From the NCBI GenBank assembly GCA_030641715.1, contig DAOWGX010000015.1, positions 560 through 64,559 of the forward strand: a stretch of 64,000 nt of DNA, written 5' to 3'. The first letter of the stretch is position 1; each line of letters starts with the position of its first letter. The notes below the pieces were generated by a model. It was given only the letters and a program-made list of their open reading frames with translations. It searched no databases and had not been told where the DNA came from. Source of the stretch: Nanobdellota archaeon. GTDB taxonomy: Archaea > Nanobdellota > Nanobdellia > Pacearchaeales > GW2011-AR1. Position numbers and translations under genes: made by a program. Positions 55,567-64,000 of the stretch are shown piece after piece.

Positions 55567-57048
55567 CTACCCCTCCAACAACATCCTTTTCAACTTTATC
55601 CCCGTCATCCCTTCCAAGTGTTCCCTCGCCCGAGACCCAAACTTCTCCCCAATCATCCCAAGATATCTCTCACTTGTAAAATACTCGTCAAAAGCATTAT
55701 CCCTAAACTGAAGCACCTCCTTAGAAGAAAGATGATCCGTCGACAACGGTAAAGAATTATAAGAATGTTGAGAATATCCTTGCCAACCAATATCCTTAAA
55801 ATCCTCGGGCAAAGGCACTTTATTCGCAACAGATTCCGTATGCAACTTCGACCCCGGATACGCCATCGCAGAGTAAAAATTCGCCCACTCACAATTCAAT
55901 TCCTTAGCCATCTCCAACGTCTTCCCCATGCTCCCCATATCGTCGTCAGGCAACCCAAAAATATAATTCCCTCCAACATTAATACCATGATTTTTTATTT
56001 CCCCAACAACCCTATATATTTCTTCTTTCTTAAACCGACCCTTAGAAACCTTTCCCCGAACTTCATTATCCCCAGATTCAATACCCAACGCCAACCAATT
56101 TATCCCTGCCTTCTTAAATTTATCAAGATGCTCCTCCTTTGTGGTATCTACTCTCGCATACGTCCAGATATTCAAGCCATAATCCCTTTCTATCAACCCA
56201 TCCACAATTGGCATAAAATGGCTAGGTTTCAAAACGAATATTTCATCAATTAATTTAAGATTTTTAACGTCGTATTTCTTAACCAAAGTATCTATCTGCT
56301 TAAGAGTCCAGTCAGCATCCCAAGACCTATAAGATGGTCCCCCAAATGGTGCATTAATACAACAAAAAGAACACCCAAACGGGCAACCAAGCGTCGTCGA
56401 GAGTGCGGCATAATTCAACCTTGAATCCAAATCATCAAGCACATGCCAGTTATGCGCCTTATACTTATCCATCGGCAACAAATCCCAAGCAACATCATTC
56501 AATTCAGCCGGCAAATTTTTAATCAACTTCGCAGGAGGACCATTCGAAATAACATCCCCATCTCGATACCACAATCCCGGAATCGTATTTAGCGACGCAC
56601 CCTCGAGCAATCCTTCCAATGTATGAAACCCTTCCCCAACAGAAACATAATCCACAGCCTCCTCCCTAAGCGTCTTCCCAGGAAGCGCCGAAGCATGAAT
56701 CCCCGTAAGAACAACTTTCGAATCCAGATTCGCATCATTTATCTTCCTCGACAATTCTCCAATCCCAGTCATCAACGCCGTCGACGCAGAAGGATGTTGT
56801 CCATAACCGACAATATTAATCAACCGAGGAGAACGCTCTTCAATCGTCCGCACCGTTTCATCAAAATCCAGATTCTCGGCATTCGCATCCAAAATATCAA
56901 CAGAGTAATCCTTTTTTTGCATATAAGAAGCCGTCAACGCAGCCCAAAACGGAGGCTCTATCGCAGAATAATCACTACTCAAATCCTGATATATCTTCTT
57001 TCTCGTCCCGCCGACATTAACGAACAGTAAGTCTAAGTCTTTTGACAT
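55567..57048 (-). CDS. B12-binding domain radical SAM protein
   Basis: IEPPFW...ILDAN N-terminal B12-binding domain; TLGCPFGCSFC; GIESG; YIFGLP; AYPGS. Confidence 0.92.
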   Translation of the reverse strand: MSKDLDLLFVNVGGTRKKIYQDLSSDYSAIEPPFWAALTASYMQKKDYSVDILDANAENLDFDETVRTIEERSPRLINIVGYGQHPSASTALMTGIGELSRKINDANLDSKVVLTGIHASALPGKTLREEAVDYVSVGEGFHTLEGLLEGASLNTIPGLWYRDGDVISNGPPAKLIKNLPAELNDVAWDLLPMDKYKAHNWHVLDDLDSRLNYAALSTTLGCPFGCSFCCINAPFGGPSYRSWDADWTLKQIDTLVKKYDVKNLKLIDEIFVLKPSHFMPIVDGLIERDYGLNIWTYARVDTTKEEHLDKFKKAGINWLALGIESGDNEVRGKVSKGRFKKEEIYRVVGEIKNHGINVGGNYIFGLPDDDMGSMGKTLEMAKELNCEWANFYSAMAYPGSKLHTESVANKVPLPEDFKDIGWQGYSQHSYNSLPLSTDHLSSKEVLQFRDNAFDEYFTSERYLGMIGEKFGSRAREHLEGMTGIKLKRMLLEG

Positions 57049-57127
57049 TTCGATTTTTAGCTTTTACACTATATATTTATATGTGTGATTTAACACAACT
57101 TGTAAAATTAAGAGGTAACCTATGTAC

Positions 57128-57772
57128 TCAAATATTTTTGATAAGCTCTAATGATTTTAAATCCTTAAACTCATTAATAAAGATATCTGCGTCACTCAAA
57201 TTATTTTCTTGCAATGTTGATCCGATTGCAATGCAAAATGCGTTGGCTGCCTTAGCAGATTTAACACCAAGAGGTGCATTTTCAATAACAACACTTTCAT
57301 TAGGATTTAAATTTAGTTTTTTCATTGCATTTAGATATGGATCAGGATTAGGTTTCCCTTTCTCTGTGTCATCTCCAGATATCAAACAATCGAACTTATT
57401 CAAGAATTCCAACGGAAGAGTTTTATGAAGCTTTTCGTGTGGACTTGCAGAAACTATTGCTATTAACATTCCCTTAGATTTCAAAAAATCAATTAATTCC
57501 ATTACACCCTCATAAAAATTAACTGTATGATTTTTACGATAAAATTGATTTTTAAATTCGACCAATCTTATAAAATCTTCTTCTGCGATATTTTTCCCTA
57601 CACTAAGGGTTTTTGCAATCTCAATTAATTTCATTCCCTCTAGTATAAAATATTCCTCTTTTTGTATCGATTCCCCATATTGCTCAAACGCATTCGCCCA
57701 TGCAAGAAAATTATCTTCCATACTTTTAATGAGAACTCCATCCAAATCGAACAATATGCCTTTTACTCTCAT
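57128..57772 (-). CDS. HAD-family phosphatase (beta-PGM-like)
   Basis: LFDLDGVL, GKPNPDPY, IENAPLG. Confidence 0.9.
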   Translation of the reverse strand: MRVKGILFDLDGVLIKSMEDNFLAWANAFEQYGESIQKEEYFILEGMKLIEIAKTLSVGKNIAEEDFIRLVEFKNQFYRKNHTVNFYEGVMELIDFLKSKGMLIAIVSASPHEKLHKTLPLEFLNKFDCLISGDDTEKGKPNPDPYLNAMKKLNLNPNESVVIENAPLGVKSAKAANAFCIAIGSTLQENNLSDADIFINEFKDLKSLELIKNI

Positions 57773-57773
57773 G

Positions 57774-58535
57774 CTAATCTAAATCAAAAATGTTTCTTTG
57801 AATATTTATAATTCTAATGTCTTTTCCCATTTTCATATCGTCCCTAAAATTTATTTTCTCATAGTTAAAAATATCTCCAGGCTGATGAACAATTTTTTCA
57901 TCTATCTCAATTTCTCCAGATATTAAAATATTTATCAATCTTTTATTTATATGTAAATAATTTTTAACAGATTCTATATCTTCAAATTTTTTTATTGAAA
58001 TACTCATGTTTCCAAATTTTTTATGAAGATCGTCACCCTTAAGAAACGTCCGTTCATATTTTGATAAATCGAAACACATCTCTTTTTTTAACTCATATCC
58101 CCTTTTTTCCCTTCCATAATTATCCTTTAATCTTAATAAATCTGTCTTCTGTGGAGGACTCTCAAGTTCCATTACCATTGCTCCATTTTTTGATATCGCT
58201 GTAGTCGAATGGAATTTTCCTTTTTCAAATACAATAACATCACCTTCTTCTAGCTCAAAGTTTTTATCTAAGGTGGATACGCTAACTTCCCCAGATAGAA
58301 CGATAAGGATTGTTTTTTTATTCGCATGACAATGCATAGAAGTCATATTTCCATTATTTAAATGGAGAATCCATATATCAGTCATCTCCCCCTTATAAGC
58401 AAGATACTCTCGTCCCCAAGGTTTTATAACTATAGCCTCCGAAAAGTCAAAATTATCAAGTTCCTTGTTAAAAGATTCCGGAATTTTTGAAATACACTGT
58501 GCATCTATTTCCGTTGTAAACGTTTCATGTATCAT
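57774..58535 (-). CDS. Cupin (mannose-6-phosphate isomerase type II-like) protein
   Basis: VIKPWGRE, TSMHCHANK, KFHST, ELESP..KTDLLRLKDNYGR. Confidence 0.85.
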   Translation of the reverse strand: MIHETFTTEIDAQCISKIPESFNKELDNFDFSEAIVIKPWGREYLAYKGEMTDIWILHLNNGNMTSMHCHANKKTILIVLSGEVSVSTLDKNFELEEGDVIVFEKGKFHSTTAISKNGAMVMELESPPQKTDLLRLKDNYGREKRGYELKKEMCFDLSKYERTFLKGDDLHKKFGNMSISIKKFEDIESVKNYLHINKRLINILISGEIEIDEKIVHQPGDIFNYEKINFRDDMKMGKDIRIINIQRNIFDLD

Positions 58536-59062
58536 TTTTCCACTTCAAATAGTTCGATGGTTTTTTTCATCCAATCTCCAAGATACTTATAATGTGGACA
58601 AGAAATAATATTCCCATCTACAACAAAAGGTGCATCAACATACTCTGCTCCAGAATTATTAATATCATCTTTAATACTATAGTACCCAGATATTTTTCTG
58701 CCTTTTACAACATTTGATGAGATTAACATCTGCGCCCCGTGACAGATACTCGATATAAGCTTACTTTCACTATTCCATTTACTGATAAAATTTAGAACTC
58801 CCTCTTCTTGCCTTAATTTCTCCATGCATTTTGCTCCACCAGGAACAACTAATAAATCATAATCTTCAATTCTCATATCATCATAATCAATTACCTTAGC
58901 ATCTTTGTCCGAAGGTATCGCTGTGCCTAAAATTCCAACACATTTTTTTGCATCTTTCAACGCAGTAGTTACTTCGAAACCATCTTCCTTTAATCGATAA
59001 TAAGGATAAATAAATTCGTGATCTTGTACTAATGCTCCAGTTATTAACAATGCTTTTTTCAT
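58532..59062 (-). CDS. DJ-1/PfpI family protein
   Basis: VQDHEFIYPYYRLKE, VVPGG, SICHG nucleophile elbow. Confidence 0.92.
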   Translation of the reverse strand: MKKALLITGALVQDHEFIYPYYRLKEDGFEVTTALKDAKKCVGILGTAIPSDKDAKVIDYDDMRIEDYDLLVVPGGAKCMEKLRQEEGVLNFISKWNSESKLISSICHGAQMLISSNVVKGRKISGYYSIKDDINNSGAEYVDAPFVVDGNIISCPHYKYLGDWMKKTIELFEVEK

Positions 59063-59149
59063 ACAATTTTTTAGAGAGGTTTGCTTTTAAAGTTTTTGAT
59101 TAACTAAATATTCATAAAGGAATGGAGAGTATAAAAAATAGGTGAAGAT

Positions 59150-59653
59150 ATGCAAGAAGGAGTGGGAATCATAGTTACAAATGAAACAAGGGATAAATTT
59201 TATGTGCAGCAAAAAGATGAAGAGTATTGGATTAAGGAGTATAGATTAAAACATTGTTTTTTTGGAGGGGGGATAGAGTTAAATGAAAAAAAACTAAATG
59301 CCTTGGAAAGAGAATTAAATGAAGAGTTAACGAATGGGGTTGCAGAAGTTATCTATAAAAATTCAAAAGAAATATTTAATACTTCTTTTGTAAATACTCT
59401 CGGACAAAGCTGTAAATATTTCTTATATGAATCTATATTAACTGAAAAAAGATTAAGGGATATTTCTAAGAGACCTGTAATGGAAGGAAAATGTGGAATT
59501 TTAATAAAAAGAGAAAATCTCAACGAATACAACTTTTTTAATGAAACTTGGAAATTATTAGAACAATACATATATAATAATTCAAAGGATATGAAAGACT
59601 CTTTTTGTAATTCATTGGTATCTAATTTTGATTTCCAAAAAAGGACTATTTAA
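59150..59653 (+). CDS. NUDIX hydrolase
   Basis: GGGIELNEKKLNALERELNEEL Nudix box. Confidence 0.85.
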   Translation: MQEGVGIIVTNETRDKFYVQQKDEEYWIKEYRLKHCFFGGGIELNEKKLNALERELNEELTNGVAEVIYKNSKEIFNTSFVNTLGQSCKYFLYESILTEKRLRDISKRPVMEGKCGILIKRENLNEYNFFNETWKLLEQYIYNNSKDMKDSFCNSLVSNFDFQKRTI

Positions 59654-59655
59654 AT

Positions 59656-60564
59656 TTAGCTTCTTAACAGAATCAACTCCCTCACTTTTTCAACAATTTT
59701 CTTCGTAGTCGGAGTTCCATTCTCATATCTTTCAGCAGTTCCTACAGATCTATCTCCTGCACCTAACGCCTCAACATAAATCTTTGTTTGTTTCATCAAC
59801 TCATACGCTACAGACTGAGATGCCCCAGATATTTCAAACCCTGAATCAACTACAAGTCCTAATTTTGACTGTTTAAGCGGATTTAAAATTCGTTCTGACA
59901 AGTCCAATGGCTTTAGCCATAAGATATTTATAAAATTACATTTTATTCCTTCTCTCGTTAACACATCCGTAGCTTCTTTCACTTTAAATCTAGAATATCC
60001 TATTCCATAGACGGTTATTTGAGCATCCTGATGAATAACATTAGGCATTTCTTCTACTTGATTAAAACTATGCCTATGTTCGCTAACAAACATCGGATCT
60101 TCTCCTGCGAGATAATTTTTCCATACTTCTTCATATTCTCCCGGAGTCATTGGAGAACAAACCTTAAATCCAGGGACATGCATAAATATACTATGTGTTA
60201 TTCCTGAATGAACTGGGCCGGTCCCTTTTTTTTCAGTGGCAAGTGCCCGAATAAAAACAGGAGAACTAACCCCAAATATATCTTTTGATTTTGCAGAGTA
60301 ATTAATTAACATACTTGAATTTAAAAACATGAAATCTTGAAATCTCACTACAAAAATAGGTCTTCGACCAACAATCGCACAACCCGTTGCGATTCCTCCT
60401 CCCGCAACATCAGTCATTGGAAGTTCTACGATATTTTTTGTATCTGGAACAGTATTATTTACCCAGCCTACAGCACTTAGACATTGCCCCAAAATTATTC
60501 CATTATTATTCTCCAAATGTTTTCGAGTAAGCTCCCTTATTGTTTCTGCAAGTGTTTTTTCCAT
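59656..60564 (-). CDS. TPP-dependent E1 beta-like subunit (transketolase pyrimidine-binding and C-terminal domains)
   Basis: ELPMTD, GRRPI...FQDF, GPVHS, SEHR, WLKPL. Confidence 0.87.
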   Translation of the reverse strand: MEKTLAETIRELTRKHLENNNGIILGQCLSAVGWVNNTVPDTKNIVELPMTDVAGGGIATGCAIVGRRPIFVVRFQDFMFLNSSMLINYSAKSKDIFGVSSPVFIRALATEKKGTGPVHSGITHSIFMHVPGFKVCSPMTPGEYEEVWKNYLAGEDPMFVSEHRHSFNQVEEMPNVIHQDAQITVYGIGYSRFKVKEATDVLTREGIKCNFINILWLKPLDLSERILNPLKQSKLGLVVDSGFEISGASQSVAYELMKQTKIYVEALGAGDRSVGTAERYENGTPTTKKIVEKVRELILLRS

Positions 60565-61418
60565 AGCTCCTCCATTTCAATTTTAGTTTTTTCTTGTATC
60601 TTGAATATTTCCGATTGAGAAATTCCTCTTTTTAACAATCCCTCTTCAAATATTTCTAATCTATCTTCGTGAGGAGATCCATCTTGACCTGTACCTACAT
60701 GCCACCTATGTCTACATGTTCTACAATTAATGAATGCTGGAAGATTTGTTTTAAGATTGTTTACTGTAGAGATAATTAATTCAGGGTCATCACATATATC
60801 CTCACAAGGCATACCTACAGCCCTTAGTGCATCTGTCAATTCCCAATTCCGTCTTTCTGATTTTTTCGTCAAAATTGAAAGGTCGTTATCTTCACATATA
60901 AATAATATTGGCAATTTATTTGTTGCCGCAAATGCCATTGCTGTGAAAACATAGTCTTCTTCCGCAGCCCCATCGCCGAAAACACATAGAACAGATTTGT
61001 TTTTTGCTCCAAGTGCTGCACCAACTGCAAGTGGAACGTTTTCTCCAATCAGTCCGTGATGCCCAAACATTCCTATTTCGAAATCCTGTACTCCTGGAGA
61101 TCCACCTTTCCCTTTTGTACATCCTCCATCTCTCCCAAGCAATTCTTCAACTAATTTATCCTTATTTCCCCCAAATGCTATATATGTTGAATGGGCTCTA
61201 TGCTGTGTAAATATAAGGTTTGGATTAAAACTCGATGATACTGATGCAGATATCGCCTCTTGCCCAATAGATAAATAAACAGGGCACAGAATATCTTGTT
61301 CATCATACGCTTTTTTTACTTGCTTTTCGAAATTTCGGATAGAACACATTTTCTCAAAGATATCTAACATTACTTTTTGGTTAAAACTTTCACCTTTCAA
61401 CAGATTGTAATACTCCAT
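60537..61418 (-). CDS. TPP-dependent E1 alpha-like subunit
   Basis: YLSIGQEA, QHRAH, GKGGS, FGDGAAEED...CEDN, RHRWHVG. Confidence 0.9.
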   Translation of the reverse strand: MEYYNLLKGESFNQKVMLDIFEKMCSIRNFEKQVKKAYDEQDILCPVYLSIGQEAISASVSSSFNPNLIFTQHRAHSTYIAFGGNKDKLVEELLGRDGGCTKGKGGSPGVQDFEIGMFGHHGLIGENVPLAVGAALGAKNKSVLCVFGDGAAEEDYVFTAMAFAATNKLPILFICEDNDLSILTKKSERRNWELTDALRAVGMPCEDICDDPELIISTVNNLKTNLPAFINCRTCRHRWHVGTGQDGSPHEDRLEIFEEGLLKRGISQSEIFKIQEKTKIEMEELWKKHLQKQ

Positions 61419-61659
61419 AGAACCAAGGTCATAAATCTATTTAAATAGTTTTATGTGTTCTATATCCTTCTTTTTCAGTTGAGTAAATATGAATCTTTTT
61501 CCTGAGGGGGTTTTCGAAAGTAGTCCTAAAATAGTATCTCTATCTTCAAATCTTAAACTGATTAAGGGTATCTAATAAATTATCAAAAAAACTAATGTTG
61601 ATTCTGAACAAGGGTAGAGCTCTCCTTATAATCATCCTTCTTAATCTCTTCAACTGGTT

Positions 61660-63102
61660 TTATTCCAATCCCAATTTTTTATTAGTTAAAAATCTATTTT
61701 GACCCTTATCTATACATTTCATTAATCTATTAACTGTAGCCATAGCCCCCTCTATCCCAAATTTTTTAATTATGGCTTCCCACCTCCACGGGGCCAAAGA
61801 AATACTAGCAAAAGCCTCATTTTGCAAATCAATCAAATCTTCAGGGGAAAGGTCGCCGACCTGCATTACTGCCGCATTATATCTCCTATAATTTGAAAAA
61901 TCCTCAGTTACTAACCTTAATCCATTTTCATGATTTTTTGCCATTTTGTAGAGTTCCGTCCCAGGATAAGGAACTGCGATACTTATATTTGCTTGTCTGA
62001 TCTCCTTTGATTCCCTCAAATATTTCAGAGTTTCTCTAATAGTTTCTTCGGTTTCTCCAGGCAACCCAATCATACAAGAATTAAGTGTTTCAATTCCATA
62101 TTTATTAGTGAGTTTATTTGCAATTCCATAACTCTCTAGTGGAATCTGTTTTCTAATTGTCTTTCTAATGTCTTTATTAACAGATTCAAGACCAAAAGAT
62201 AACCTAATTAATCCAGCATCTCTCATTTTTTTTATTAATCCTTCATCAACTAGATTTGCTCTTGTGCTACCTTCAAAAGTGATATTAAGATTAGAATCAA
62301 TGATTTTATCACAAATATCAGAAATATGTTTTTTATTAAGGGTTAAAGTATCATCTAAAAACATAAAATGCTCTATTGAATATTTTTTAACACATTCTTC
62401 CATTTCCTTAACAACTTTTTCAGGATCTCTCCTCCTAGTATCATTTCCAAAAACTTTAGTACTACAAAAAATACACTTATAAGGACAACCCCTCACAGTC
62501 ATGATGGAGGTCATTTTTTTCCGACCTTCTAATGTTCCGAGAGTATAATTATCATGATTTAGCAAATGTCTTGCAGGAACTGGTAAAGAATTTATATCCT
62601 GTACAGGCTCACAAGGACCTGTGAGTTTAACCCTACTTTGTTCTCTGTAAAGAATCCCCCCAATATCTTTTATATCCCTATTTTTATCAAGAGCATCTAA
62701 AAATTTAGACCAAGAAACTTCAGCTTCTCCAATGAATCCATAATCAAAAGGACTATTAAATACCTTTTCCTTTAAAACAGTTATATGGGCCCCTCCGATA
62801 GTAATGGGGGTCTGAGATCTTTGTTTTAATTTACTTGCGAGATCTGTAGCAATATGGTAAAAAGGAGTTGTTGCGGTAATCCCAATCAAATCAGGATTAT
62901 ATTTTGAGGTCTGATCTACCATACATTCCAAAGATAATCCCTCACTTTCCCCATCAAGAATTCGTACTTCATGACCTTTCTCCTCGGCAATTGCACCCAA
63001 ATAAGCCAAACCTAATGGAGGCCATGTAGCCCCCTTTTTAGCAAAATGAGAAATATTACCATAATCTCCCGTCCAAGAAGGATATAACAATGAAATTTTC
63101 AT
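61660..63102 (-). CDS. B12-binding domain radical SAM protein (class B methyltransferase-like)
   Basis: PPLGLAYL, GGAH, RGCPYKCIFC, FGLES, MIGLPGET, PYPGTELY. Confidence 0.94.
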   Translation of the reverse strand: MKISLLYPSWTGDYGNISHFAKKGATWPPLGLAYLGAIAEEKGHEVRILDGESEGLSLECMVDQTSKYNPDLIGITATTPFYHIATDLASKLKQRSQTPITIGGAHITVLKEKVFNSPFDYGFIGEAEVSWSKFLDALDKNRDIKDIGGILYREQSRVKLTGPCEPVQDINSLPVPARHLLNHDNYTLGTLEGRKKMTSIMTVRGCPYKCIFCSTKVFGNDTRRRDPEKVVKEMEECVKKYSIEHFMFLDDTLTLNKKHISDICDKIIDSNLNITFEGSTRANLVDEGLIKKMRDAGLIRLSFGLESVNKDIRKTIRKQIPLESYGIANKLTNKYGIETLNSCMIGLPGETEETIRETLKYLRESKEIRQANISIAVPYPGTELYKMAKNHENGLRLVTEDFSNYRRYNAAVMQVGDLSPEDLIDLQNEAFASISLAPWRWEAIIKKFGIEGAMATVNRLMKCIDKGQNRFLTNKKLGLE

Positions 63103-63166
63103 GATTTAGGACCAATTAAGAGTTTTATAAACTTTATTATACTAAAGTTTATCCAAGTTCCTAAAT

Positions 63167-64000
63167 CTATCTAAATATTTTTATATGGTCTAGATACTTC
63201 TTTCTCAACTGTGCAAATATAAACCTCTTCCCAGAAACAGCCTCCAAAAACAAACCATAAACAAATACCATAAATTTTACAGGATGTTTCCTCAACGAAT
63301 AAAGAACCCTTGGAAAATAATAAGTAAAAAACATTTCAGAATTTTTATCAAATTCCTTGCCAAAAAAACCTTTTCTAAAACTAACAATTTTCACCAAAGG
63401 AACTGGGACAAGCACAGTATTTTTTTTATTAGAAAACGTAATCCTCTCAGAGAAATAATCTTTCCTTATCTTTTCAAAATTATTTACAAAGAATTTCTTC
63501 GTCATAAAAAATTGATTAATATTTAAAAATTTAGAGTAGTCAGCGTCAAGATATTTAATCCCTGGAGAAAATCTGAAATAAGAATAATTCCCCAAAATTC
63601 TTGAATAAATAAAATAATCGCAACAACTAACCTCTTTCCCAGTTAATTTTAAAGAATATATCTGTAAATTATTTTTTAATTTGGAGTGGATTGTCTTACT
63701 TCTTGAAAAGGAAATATATTCGTAAGATTTTATTATCTGAAACAATTCCTTTTTAGATAATCGCATATGTTTTTCTTCGAGATTTAAAACTCGATAGTCG
63801 TATTTTGGCATATCCAAATGTGAGATATTATCTTTTGTCCTAATAATAAAATTACTAAGATCTTTTTCAAGATTAAAATTTTTCTTTATTTTTTTGTATG
63901 CTGCTTCAGCTATTTTTTCCCTCTCTTTCTCGTGTTCTAAATAATATTCTATTTTTTCAAAAAGCTCTTTTCGAGACCTAAAAAAAACAATTTCCTCATT
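63167..64000 (-). CDS. Glycosyltransferase (CgeB/YkvP-like C-terminal domain) with extension; 5' end off the window
   Basis: Open frame from 64000: NEEIVFFRSRKELFEKIEYYLEHEKEREKIAEAAYKK, continuing in frame into the 63167..63817 ORF. Confidence 0.75.
   Translation of the reverse strand, partial: NEEIVFFRSRKELFEKIEYYLEHEKEREKIAEAAYKKIKKNFNLEKDLSNFIIRTKDNISHLDMPKYDYRVLNLEEKHMRLSKKELFQIIKSYEYISFSRSKTIHSKLKNNLQIYSLKLTGKEVSCCDYFIYSRILGNYSYFRFSPGIKYLDADYSKFLNINQFFMTKKFFVNNFEKIRKDYFSERITFSNKKNTVLVPVPLVKIVSFRKGFFGKEFDKNSEMFFTYYFPRVLYSLRKHPVKFMVFVYGLFLEAVSGKRFIFAQLRKKYLDHIKIFR

Noticed and set aside
55653..57030. Several overlapping ORFs of 79-162 aa within the B12 radical SAM gene
   Set aside because: Alternative-frame or antisense artefacts of skewed codon usage.
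59656..61418. Pyruvate dehydrogenase for central metabolism
   Set aside because: No E2/E3 nearby, divergent beta subunit, and glycan-locus context.
61440..61635. Short minus-strand frames between E1 alpha and the radical SAM gene
   Set aside because: Fragmentary, no motif; cannot be supported as a gene.
1..64000. CRISPR array, rRNA, integrase, reverse transcriptase, tRNA introns
   Set aside because: None seen by eye; no regularly spaced repeats or matching motifs.

Overview
Archaeal chromosome segment with a DPANN-like gene content (most consistent with Pacearchaeota/Woesearchaeota-type Nanobdellota; this is inferred from gene content and protein styles, not from a search). 1-33 kb is a housekeeping core: partial ftsZ, slyD, aIF5A, L40e, site-2 protease, taw1, the L1-P0-P1 operon, two tRNA-Ser genes flanked by toxin-antitoxin-like modules, AMP phosphorylase, ribose-1,5-bisphosphate isomerase, and the S10/spc ribosomal-protein superoperon through secY and DUF106. 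Four small non-ribosomal ORFs, one of them an intact receiver domain, sit exactly at stop/start junctions inside the r-protein operons. Several genes carry structured 5' leaders in an otherwise apparently leaderless genome. 33-64 kb is an AT-rich, mosaic surface-glycosylation island anchored on aglH-like GPT and aglB. It holds GT11/GT17/KOBITO-like/GT4/GT26 transferases, methyltransferases, a tandem pair of Pol-beta-fold nucleotidyltransferases, a BcbE-like/HAD/cupin/GDPD module, a stand-alone TPP E1 alpha/beta pair with two B12-radical SAM enzymes, a dead IS200/IS605 element and several pseudogenes. The best candidates for new biology are the junction-inserted passenger genes in the ribosomal operons, the TPP/B12-radical-SAM sugar-tailoring pathway, the NTase pair, and a possible DGR-type variable protein. 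All family calls are by motif recognition only; no database searches were run.
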